A DNA stretch of 51,887 nt from a virus (IMGVR_UViG_2524023210_000007:80429-132315); one strand, 5' to 3'. Shown: positions 37,475 to 44,276, counted from the first letter of the stretch. A program made the numbers and translations. The notes: generated from the sequence alone by a model not told the origin.

Positions 37475-37655
37475 AAGCGAGCGCCAGGACGCGCGAGGTG
37501 GAGCGCCGGTCAGTGCCGGCAGCTTCTCAGCCGCGCGCGGATCGGCGCAGCGCTGGACGTGATCTCGGGGCGGACCTGGTCGATCGGCAGGTCTCAGGCG
37601 AAGCGCGCCGCGCGCATCGAGACGAGAAGTCGAGGGGAAACCTCGGCGAGGCGAG
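37475..37655 (+). ncRNA. Candidate structured RNA in array spacer
   Basis: CGAGGT/ACCTCG closing stem, GCCGG hairpin, GCTTCTC/GAGAAGT and GCGCGCGG/CCGCGCGC stems. Confidence 0.45.
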
Positions 37656-37660
37656 AGTTT

Positions 37661-37739
37661 GCCCGCGTAACCGGCTCTGCCTACGAAGCAGAAGTACCGT
37701 AACTGGAGCATGCAGGTTCGACTCCTGCCGCGGGCTCCA
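37661..37739 (+). tRNA. tRNA-Arg(ACG) lacking a D arm
   Basis: Acceptor GCCCGCG/CGCGGGC; 8-nt linker; TCTGC-CT ACG AA-GCAGA; 19-nt variable region; canonical T arm; CCA. Confidence 0.7.
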
Positions 37740-37745
37740 AATCAT

Positions 37746-37824
37746 CAGCGTGTAGGGGAGCCTGGTCGTCCCTACCTGCCTTGGAAGCAGGGGATCGGTG
37801 GTTCGAATCCACCCACGCTGACCA
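37746..37824 (+). tRNA. tRNA-Pro(TGG)
   Basis: CCTGC-CT TGG AA-GCAGG; CCA. Confidence 0.88.
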
Positions 37825-37902
37825 TCATCTGCCCGTTGATAACATCGCAAGAAGTTCTTCTGCGATCGTTGAGACGTGCGATCTATCCCGCGGGCTTGAT
37901 TT

Positions 37903-37983
37903 TTTGGGCGAGCCCCAGGCGTTCGGTTATCCAACCATTGATGGAAAAGCCCCGATCGCCGTTCTTACGTTCGCCCTCAAAGA
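37903..37983 (+). ncRNA. Y-RNA-like module 1 (minimal)
   Basis: GGGCGAG-CCCCAG...TTCGGTTA 5' arm and CCCGAT...CGTTCGCCC 3' arm, shared with modules 2-4. Confidence 0.6.
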
Positions 37984-37984
37984 T

Positions 37985-38117
37985 ATCGGACGAGCCCCAG
38001 AAGTTCGGTTACCCTTGCTAAGGTAGAGGTCGGCGGTTCGAATCCGTCTCGGGAGAAATCCCGATAGCTCAGTGGTAGAGCGCTAAATCCCGATCTTCGC
38101 TCTCACGTTCGTCCGGT
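37985..38117 (+). ncRNA. YrlA-like Y RNA with circularly permuted tRNA domain
   Basis: Shared stem plus T arm (GGCGG-TTCGAAT-CCGTC), acceptor stem closed by GAAA, then D arm (GCTC-AGTGGTA-GAGC); upstream of Ro60. Confidence 0.8.
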
Positions 38118-38134
38118 CACCTTTGAGGTTTTCG

Positions 38135-38263
38135 ACAGACTGGTTTGCGGGACCGAGCCCCAGAGGTTCGCTTATCTGGATATAGCAGGTTCGACTCCCG
38201 CCATGGCCGCAAGGCCGTGTAAACGCGATCTCGCCATCACGCTCGGCCCCGCAAACCGGTCTG
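38135..38263 (+). ncRNA. Y-RNA-like module 3 (T arm plus acceptor mimic, no D arm)
   Basis: Long outer stem; GCAGG-TTCGACT-CCCGC then CATGGCC-GCAA-GGCCGTG. Confidence 0.7.
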
Positions 38264-38278
38264 CCATCTCGGAGGCCC

Positions 38279-38371
38279 ATCAACTCGAACGAGCCCCAGG
38301 AATTCGGTTATCAGCAATCTTGAAACTTGCACCGAACCCCGATTTCCGCTCTCCCGTTCGTTCGAGTTGAT
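38279..38371 (+). ncRNA. Y-RNA-like module 4 (minimal)
   Basis: ATCAACTCGAACG/CGTTCGAGTTGAT outer stem; shared internal motifs. Confidence 0.65.
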
Positions 38372-38399
38372 CGGCCTCACCAACTCAGAGGAGGCCAAC

Positions 38400-40025
38400 A
38401 TGAAGTATGCAGGACTGATCGCGGCTGACGTGCCGCAGAGCGAGCCGCTGAATGCGCGGCAGGTCAAGAACAACGCCGGTGGTTTCGTATTCGCGATCGA
38501 CAATTGGGCGCGGCTCGACCGCTTCCTGATCCTCGGCAGCGATGCGCCGACCTATTACCAGACCGCGCGGGCGCTGACCCGCGAGAACGCCAAGGTCGTC
38601 GACGAGTGCTACGCCGCGGATCCGGCCCGCACCGTCGCGCGTACGGTCGAAATCTCTGATCAGGGCAGGGCGCCGAAGAACGATCCGGCCATCTTCGTCC
38701 TGGCCATCGGCGCCGTGCATGCCGACCAGAAGGTGCGCCAGCTCGCGTTGGCGGCTGTCCCGAAGATCTGCCGGACCGCGACGCACTTGTTCCAGTTCGT
38801 CAAGGCGGCGCGATCGCTCGGCCGTGGCTGGGGACGGTCGCTGAAGACGGCGATCGCGAACTGGTACAACTCGAAGTCCCTGGATGACGTGGCGTACCAG
38901 GCCATCAAATACCGCGAGCGCGAGGGCTACTCGCACAAGCGGCTCCTCCAGACAGCCCACCCGGCCGCCTCGGAGTCGCCGGCGCGGATCGCGCTCTATC
39001 GCTGGATGCGCGGGCTCGATCCCGGCGGAGAACTCCCGGCGATCGTGCAGGCTCACCTGAAGGCGATGACTCCGGATTTGGGGAAGGGGCATGTCCTCGA
39101 CCTCATCAAGGAGCACCGCCTGCCTTGGGAAGCGCTGCCGACCGAGTACAATGGAGATCCGGATGCATGGCGCGCCATGCTCCCGACTCTTGGGCTCGGC
39201 GCCATGGTCCGCAATCTCGGCAATATGTCCCGGCTCGGCGCCATCAAGCCGCTGTCGGAGTCCGAGGCCGTCGTGGTCAGCCGGTTGTCCGATGAATCCG
39301 CAATCCGGAAATCCCGCCTGCACCCGTTCTCGATCCTGTTGGCCATGGCAGTCTATTCGTCCGGCCGCGGTGTTCGGGGTGCTGGTGCATGGGACCCGTC
39401 CCGGGCCGTGGTCGATGCGCTCGACGGCGCCTTCTACAAGGCGTTCGCCAACGTGCAGGCGAGCGGCAAGCGGATTCTCATCGCGCTGGACGTTTCGGGT
39501 TCGATGGGCTCTCCGATCATGGGATCTCCGATCTCCTGCCGCGATGCCACGGCGGCACTGGCACTGGTCACCATGTCGACTGAGAAGCAGACCCATGTGG
39601 TCGGCTTCACATCGGCGGGTCACGCTCAGCGGCGCTACGGCGGGCAATGGGGTGGCGGCGAGGCTGGGTTGTCGCCTTTGGCGATCTCACCGCGCCAGCG
39701 CCTGACCGACGCCGTGAGAGCGGTGTCAAATCTGCCTTTCGGTGGAACGGACTGTGCCCTTCCGATGCTGTACGCGCTGGAGAAGGGCCTCGAGGTCGAT
39801 GCCTTCTATGTCTATACCGATAGCGAGACTTGGGCCGGAGACGTCCATCCGGTCAAGGCCCTCCAGCAGTATCGGCAGAAGACGGGCATTCCAGCCAAGC
39901 TGGTGGTGGTCGGCATGACGTCGACCGGCTTCTCGATCGCGGATCCGAGCGACGCCGGCATGCTTGATGTCGTCGGCTTCGACGCCGCGGCACCGCTCGT
40001 CATGGCGGATTTCGTTCGCGGCTAA
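38400..40025 (+). CDS. rsr: Ro60/TROVE-domain RNA-binding protein
   Basis: GAGGAGG RBS; QVKNNAGGFVF, GRAPKNDPAIFVLA, KYREREGYSH, vWA MIDAS ALDVSGSM, LDVVGFD. Confidence 0.93.
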   Translation: MKYAGLIAADVPQSEPLNARQVKNNAGGFVFAIDNWARLDRFLILGSDAPTYYQTARALTRENAKVVDECYAADPARTVARTVEISDQGRAPKNDPAIFVLAIGAVHADQKVRQLALAAVPKICRTATHLFQFVKAARSLGRGWGRSLKTAIANWYNSKSLDDVAYQAIKYREREGYSHKRLLQTAHPAASESPARIALYRWMRGLDPGGELPAIVQAHLKAMTPDLGKGHVLDLIKEHRLPWEALPTEYNGDPDAWRAMLPTLGLGAMVRNLGNMSRLGAIKPLSESEAVVVSRLSDESAIRKSRLHPFSILLAMAVYSSGRGVRGAGAWDPSRAVVDALDGAFYKAFANVQASGKRILIALDVSGSMGSPIMGSPISCRDATAALALVTMSTEKQTHVVGFTSAGHAQRRYGGQWGGGEAGLSPLAISPRQRLTDAVRAVSNLPFGGTDCALPMLYALEKGLEVDAFYVYTDSETWAGDVHPVKALQQYRQKTGIPAKLVVVGMTSTGFSIADPSDAGMLDVVGFDAAAPLVMADFVRG

Positions 40026-40031
40026 CGACTC

Positions 40032-40060
40032 GAGCGGGGCGCACGCGCCTCGCTCTTCCA
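40032..40060 (+). other. Hairpin ending in TTCCA after rsr
   Basis: GAGCGGGGCG-CACG-CGCCTCGCTC 10-bp stem. Confidence 0.5.
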
Positions 40061-40061
40061 T

Positions 40062-40137
40062 CGGGGATTAGCTTAGTGGCTTAAAGCACCGCGCTCTGAC
40101 CGCGGCACCGTCGGTTCGAATCCGGCATCCCCTGCCA
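40062..40137 (+). tRNA. tRNA-Gln(CTG)
   Basis: CCGCG-CT CTG AC-CGCGG; CCA. Confidence 0.88.
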
Positions 40138-40144
40138 ATTTTAT

Positions 40145-40218
40145 CGCGCGAGGTCCGGGCGGTTAGGACGCGGTCTGCAAAACCGTGAAGACGGGTTCGA
40201 CTCCCGTTCGCGCATCCA
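40145..40218 (+). tRNA. tRNA-Cys(GCA)
   Basis: GCGGT-CT GCA AA-ACCGT; U73; CCA. Confidence 0.85.
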
Positions 40219-40265
40219 TGGAACAAAAACGCCAAAATCGAAGATTTTTTTCAGATCTTTTGCAC

Positions 40266-40341
40266 GCGCTCGTGGGCCAACTGGACGGCCAGCGGATTTC
40301 TACTCCGCCGCATGAGGGTTCGAGTCCTTCCGAGCGCGCCA
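40266..40341 (+). tRNA. tRNA-Arg(TCT)
   Basis: GCGGA-TT TCT AC-TCCGC; CCA. Confidence 0.9.
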
Positions 40342-40342
40342 A

Positions 40343-40588
40343 CTAATCGGACAGATGTCTTGCGAGATGTTTCTCGATGATGTCGACCAGGCTCAGATCG
40401 TCGGGCCAATCGTTGTCGCCGTGCTCGGCGCAGATCCGGCGCAAAGCTGCGATCGCTTTTCCGCGCTCGATGAGCCAATCATGATTGTCCCGCTCCTCAC
40501 CGCCGAGATTTGTCAGGGCCTCGAGCAGCATCTTGCGCCATGCCGCCCGGCTGCCTTCGACGTAGGCTCGTTCCTGGTCTGGGCTCAT
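40343..40588 (-). CDS. Hypothetical protein antisense to the array
   Basis: 81 aa exactly filling the Arg-Ser gap; AAAGGAAC RBS. Confidence 0.6.
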   Translation of the reverse strand: MSPDQERAYVEGSRAAWRKMLLEALTNLGGEERDNHDWLIERGKAIAALRRICAEHGDNDWPDDLSLVDIIEKHLARHLSD

Positions 40589-40608
40589 TGATTTGTTCCT
40601 TTCGAATT

Positions 40609-40695
40609 GGAGAGGTGGCCGAGCGGTAAGGCAGCGCCTTGCTAAGGCGCCGAGTCCTTCGGGATGCGCAGGTTCGATCCCTGTCCTCTCCGCCA
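40609..40695 (+). tRNA. tRNA-Ser(GCT)
   Basis: GCGCC-TT GCT AA-GGCGC; variable arm; G73; CCA. Confidence 0.92.
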
Positions 40696-40879
40696 ATCCA
40701 TGAAGCGGCCGACTGCGGTGTCGGTGCGCGGGGCCAACCCAGTTGCAAACTTTTGCTGATCGCGTGCCCATGCAAAGAGTTCGCTATCTTCAAAATAGAC
40801 GTCGAGTTTTCCGTCGACGATGATCTCATCGGAACGGCGAACATATTCTGTCATGGTCCCCATCAGAAATCCTTCCATA

Positions 40880-40954
40880 GCGGGCTTGGCGTACTGGGGT
40901 GCGCGCTTGGCTTCCATCCAAGAGGTAGGTGTTCGATCCACCTAGCCCGCACCA
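40880..40954 (+). tRNA. tRNA-Gly(TCC)
   Basis: CTTGG-CT TCC AT-CCAAG; A73; CCA. Confidence 0.8.
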
Positions 40955-40958
40955 ACAA

Positions 40959-41216
40959 TCAGATCTCGACAGCGAAGCCGGCCTTATCGCCATAGCCGAT
41001 GCGCAGCGGAGTGCCGCAAAGGGTGTCGACTTTTCTGGCCTCGAGATTGAAAGTCGCTTCCGATCCCATCGCGCGATATTCGAGTTTGATGGCGCTGTTG
41101 AATTGACGCGCCGCCGTCTCGTCGGCGAAACGAATATCGACCGCGGCCGGCATTTCGAGATTGTGCTGGCGACAGAACTGCTGGAGCGCCAGCATCATTT
41201 TCGACAGATCTTTCAT
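40959..41216 (-). CDS. Hypothetical protein antisense to the array
   Basis: 85 aa filling the Gly-Glu gap; its GGGAG RBS is the antisense of the Glu acceptor stem. Confidence 0.55.
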   Translation of the reverse strand: MKDLSKMMLALQQFCRQHNLEMPAAVDIRFADETAARQFNSAIKLEYRAMGSEATFNLEARKVDTLCGTPLRIGYGDKAGFAVEI

Positions 41217-41219
41217 ATT

Positions 41220-41294
41220 GCTCCCTTCGTCTACTGGCTAGGATATCACTCTTTCACAGTGAGGAAACGGGTTCGATCCCCGTAGGGAGCGCCA
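41220..41294 (+). tRNA. tRNA-Glu(TTC)
   Basis: TCACT-CT TTC AC-AGTGA; G73; CCA. Confidence 0.92.
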
Positions 41295-41299
41295 TCAAT

Positions 41300-41388
41300 T
41301 CGGGGATGACCGAGCCAGGTTAAGGTACCCGCCTTTGAAGCGGTGGTCGGCGATCGCCGCGCGCGTTCAAATCGCGCTCCCCGGGCCA
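41300..41388 (+). tRNA. tRNA-Gln(TTG) with long variable arm
   Basis: Loop CT TTG AA; variable stem CGGC-GATC-GCCG; CCA. Confidence 0.75.
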
Positions 41389-41885
41389 GCACCTGGCCGC
41401 CAATCGCCGATGCCGCGTTCGTCGCCGAATCGGTCGCGCACGCCGACCATGTCGAGCCTCAGAGGCCGGTGCCTGCGCTTGCCGCTGGTGGAGATTTGTT
41501 CCTCGTACTGGCTTCCGAGCATGGTGCAGTCACGCCAGTCTTCGTCATCGCCGGCGAGATCCGGGTGCTGTTGCCACATTCTGCAGGTGTTGCCGTCGTT
41601 CGGATGCATGCACTCGGCATCGCTTCCTTCCGGTTCACGTGCCAGCTTGGCGTCAGATTGCAGATCCGGAGGCAATCCTTTCTGCGCCCGCGACAGCGCG
41701 GTTACGAGTCCACCAATTCGGTCGAGGTTGTACTTTCGCTCCGCCCAGATCGGGTTGACGCCTCCGCGTCCCATGATGGCGTCCTGATCTACGGGAGCAC
41801 CGCAAGCGATCATGCCGTCCTGGCGATAGCACGCGCGAGCGCAGGTGCCGCACCGTTTCATCGTATCGGTTTTCAACGTGATCAT
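41367..41885 (-). CDS. Cys-rich hypothetical protein antisense to the array
   Basis: CGTCARAC...C; fills the Gln-Met gap. Confidence 0.5.
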   Translation of the reverse strand: MITLKTDTMKRCGTCARACYRQDGMIACGAPVDQDAIMGRGGVNPIWAERKYNLDRIGGLVTALSRAQKGLPPDLQSDAKLAREPEGSDAECMHPNDGNTCRMWQQHPDLAGDDEDWRDCTMLGSQYEEQISTSGKRRHRPLRLDMVGVRDRFGDERGIGDWRPGAGPGSAI

Positions 41886-41958
41886 CGCAGGGCCTCTCGG
41901 GTAGGGTCTCGGTCTCATAAATCGGGATAGGGCGGTTCGAAGCCGCTACCTGCGACCA
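41886..41958 (+). tRNA. tRNA-Met(CAT), degenerate
   Basis: CGCAGGG/ACCTGCG; loop CT CAT AA; CCA. Confidence 0.65.
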
Positions 41959-41965
41959 TCCATTC

Positions 41966-42040
41966 TCCGACTTCGTCTATCAGCTAAGGCGCTCGGTTGT
42001 GGACCGGGAAAACGCGGGGCAGCACCGCGAGTCGGGACCA
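41966..42040 (+). tRNA. tRNA-His(GTG) without G-1, with A73
   Basis: CTCGG-TT GTG GA-CCGGG; T-loop GGCAGCA; CCA. Confidence 0.8.
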
Positions 42041-42045
42041 TTCTT

Positions 42046-42119
42046 GGGAGTGTCGTCTAGTGGTAAGACGCCGGCCTCCAAACCCGGCTACGTGGGTTCG
42101 ATTCCTGCCGCTCCTGCCA
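42046..42119 (+). tRNA. tRNA-Trp(CCA)
   Basis: Loop CT CCA AA; G73; CCA. Confidence 0.85.
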
Positions 42120-42450
42120 TCCCTTCAAGCGCGAGACGTGCGCGCAGCGCCGCGATGCAGATTGCAATCGCTGCCGGTCGGACCTTGTCCGATACCTCGA
42201 TCCCGCGGCCGGTGCCCGTCGGATACTTCTCCTTGCGGAATAGCTGCACCATCCCCCACTCGTTGATGTTCCAAGTGTACTCGGCCGGCACCAAGGTCAG
42301 GGCTGCGTCGATCGATGCTAAAAAATCCGGGATCTCGTCGTCCGCCATGTCGCCTTCCATCTCGCGATAGAAGTCGAGTCGGGCGATGGCGGCATTGAGC
42401 TCGAACGATGACTCGGTCGCGTTCGTCAGCCGTTCGATCAAGTCCATCAT
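42088..42450 (-). CDS. Hypothetical phage protein
   Basis: SIDAALTLVP motif seen in small phage proteins; C-terminus overlaps tRNA-Trp. Confidence 0.55.
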   Translation of the reverse strand: MMDLIERLTNATESSFELNAAIARLDFYREMEGDMADDEIPDFLASIDAALTLVPAEYTWNINEWGMVQLFRKEKYPTGTGRGIEVSDKVRPAAIAICIAALRARLALEGMAGAAGIEPT

Positions 42451-42830
42451 GTTGTCACCTTCATTGGAAATGCGGCGAGCGCCGCGGCTTCGAACTCGGA
42501 CCGCCTAGCATCCAGGATCTCCCGAGGCGGAGACTGCCACGCCAAGATGCGTCTAGAAGGGTCTCTAGTGGCGTACTCTTCCTTCCACTGCTGGTTCCAA
42601 TCTGACCACAGCTTTGCCTCATACCGCTTTCGATCGCGCCACTGGTCGAGGCAGTTGATTCCGCAGTAATGGTGATCGCGGTCGAGGGGCAATGACACGG
42701 CCATAGCGGTCACAGATGGACCTTGCACGGCCCGCGTCTCGACGACGAGAGCAAGTCGATAGTCGAAGCAATTTCCCGTCGACGTGATGTCAGCTCCGCA
42801 GCCGTCGCATTTGATCTCGATGGTTTTCAT
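42447..42830 (-). CDS. Hypothetical protein with CxxC motifs
   Basis: CDGC, HYCGINC; coupled. Confidence 0.55.
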   Translation of the reverse strand: MKTIEIKCDGCGADITSTGNCFDYRLALVVETRAVQGPSVTAMAVSLPLDRDHHYCGINCLDQWRDRKRYEAKLWSDWNQQWKEEYATRDPSRRILAWQSPPREILDARRSEFEAAALAAFPMKVTT

Positions 42831-42842
42831 CTCGTTCCTCGT

Positions 42843-43379
42843 TCAGAATTCAGGGGACGCATCAATCAGGTCGAGTTCGGCCTGGCGGAGAGAAGCCCAC
42901 GCCTGCTCCAGGAGCGATGCCGGCGCCTTCGTCAGGATCTCGAGCGTGGCGCGCTTCTCCGGCAGATACGTCTTGGCGAAGCCTGGATTGTGCTTTGCGA
43001 TTGTCGACGTGTTGCTGATCAGGTCTGCGCACTTCACACCTTGGCTTTCGGCCCCAGCCGTCGCGAGCCGAGAGCGGTCGATCTCCTTCCGGCGCGCGCG
43101 GTTCAAGCCCGGCGTTGGCGGCGTATCGGTGAGATAGTGCACGATCAGCGCGACGCCGGATCCGAACTTTGCGCAGATCTCCGGGATTGAGGCATCGGTG
43201 TCTTCCACGGTGTCGTGAAGCCACGCCGCGGCGATCGCGGTCTCGGACATGCCGGCGCGCTCCACGATGCGGGCAACTTCCTCGAGATGAACGAAGTACG
43301 GTTCGCCGGTGTATTCGCGCAGCTGCTTCACGTGCTTCTTCCGCGCGAATTCGCGAGCTCGGAAGACCAGATCATTCAT
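42843..43379 (-). CDS. HD-domain hydrolase, Mesh1 / small alarmone hydrolase-like
   Basis: H..QLR..TGEPY.VH, LHDTVEDT, LTD, VKCADLISN: RelA/SpoT hydrolase motifs, no synthetase domain. Confidence 0.85.
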   Translation of the reverse strand: MNDLVFRAREFARKKHVKQLREYTGEPYFVHLEEVARIVERAGMSETAIAAAWLHDTVEDTDASIPEICAKFGSGVALIVHYLTDTPPTPGLNRARRKEIDRSRLATAGAESQGVKCADLISNTSTIAKHNPGFAKTYLPEKRATLEILTKAPASLLEQAWASLRQAELDLIDASPEF

Positions 43380-43547
43380 AGGCCATCACCTTGTCGTGGT
43401 CGCTTGAAGTAGATTTCCCGGGCACCATTTTCACTGCGCTCGGTATGCCATGCCTCCCAACCTTCGCGGGCCCAGCTTGCGTAGAAGGTCGTACCAGCTT
43501 TCGCCGGGGAGGGTGCTTTCCGATCGATATTCCCATTGCTGTTTCAT
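43376..43547 (-). pseudogene. DUF4177-like small gene with a +1 frameshift
   Basis: MKQQWEYR...LRKLG|REGWE...EIYFKRP; 172 nt, coupled at both ends; one extra C near 43468-43473. Confidence 0.55.
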
Positions 43548-43792
43548 CAAGATCTTTTCTCCGCAGCGCGCCGTTGTGCCGCCACGTATTCACGCGCCAA
43601 AGCCCTGGACGCGTCATCACCAGGCAACTCCCCCAGATCTATCATTCGATTCCTCCATCCATGCCAAAACGATCGGCCGCGGTTCGGGCCTGGCTCCGGG
43701 TCGCCGCGCTCGGCCGACAGATGTCCTTCGACAATCTGATCCCGATCAAGTGTCTCGAGATCGGCGAGGGTACGCACCGGTTCGAACTTCAT
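43547..43792 (-). CDS. Hypothetical protein
   Basis: 81 aa, coupled. Confidence 0.55.
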   Translation of the reverse strand: MKFEPVRTLADLETLDRDQIVEGHLSAERGDPEPGPNRGRSFWHGWRNRMIDLGELPGDDASRALAREYVAAQRRAAEKRS

Positions 43793-44007
43793 TGCGATTC
43801 CTTGACCGGCTCGACGCTCGGCCGATTGAGCGTGATCACGATGCGGTCGATCGTATTCCAGTCCGGACCGCGCTCGACGAGCTCGTCGAGATCTTCGAGT
43901 TCTTCAAGGAGAACCAACCTCGGCTTGTCCTCTCCCCGATAGAACAGCTCGGCCATCCAGCGATCCGGTACTACTGTGCCGATGAGTTCTTTCGCACGAC
44001 GCGACAT
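43789..44007 (-). CDS. Hypothetical protein
   Basis: 72 aa, GGAGA RBS. Confidence 0.5.
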   Translation of the reverse strand: MSRRAKELIGTVVPDRWMAELFYRGEDKPRLVLLEELEDLDELVERGPDWNTIDRIVITLNRPSVEPVKESQ

Positions 44008-44033
44008 TCGCCGTTCTCCTTCCGGTGTCCTGA

Positions 44034-44276
44034 TCAGGCGCGGCGGATTGCGGCCGCGCTCGGCTTCGCATGCTGATAGTCGCCGGCCGTGCCCGTATTG
44101 TGCGTCGCTGCCCAAAGACCATCGCCGCCGCGCTTCCATGCCCAATTGTCGCGCTGCTCTCCAGTCTTCATGTCGTACGACCGGCAGCAACGATGGCAGA
44201 AGAAGCGCTGTTCGCGCTGGTACGCGATAGGCTTTTTGAGGCAGTTCGGGCAGCGGCCTTTGGCGTCAAGCTTCAT
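44034..44276 (-). CDS. Zinc-ribbon protein
   Basis: CPNC, CHRC. Confidence 0.5.
   Translation of the reverse strand: MKLDAKGRCPNCLKKPIAYQREQRFFCHRCCRSYDMKTGEQRDNWAWKRGGDGLWAATHNTGTAGDYQHAKPSAAAIRRA

Noticed and set aside
32088-37755. Many ORF-track calls lying over tRNA genes
   Set aside because: They read through tRNA sequence and show no protein motifs
37903-38371. CRISPR array
   Set aside because: Each unit folds back on itself, inserts are tRNA-like rather than foreign spacers, and there are no cas genes
38385-39647. 420-aa minus-strand ORF
   Set aside because: Antisense shadow of rsr
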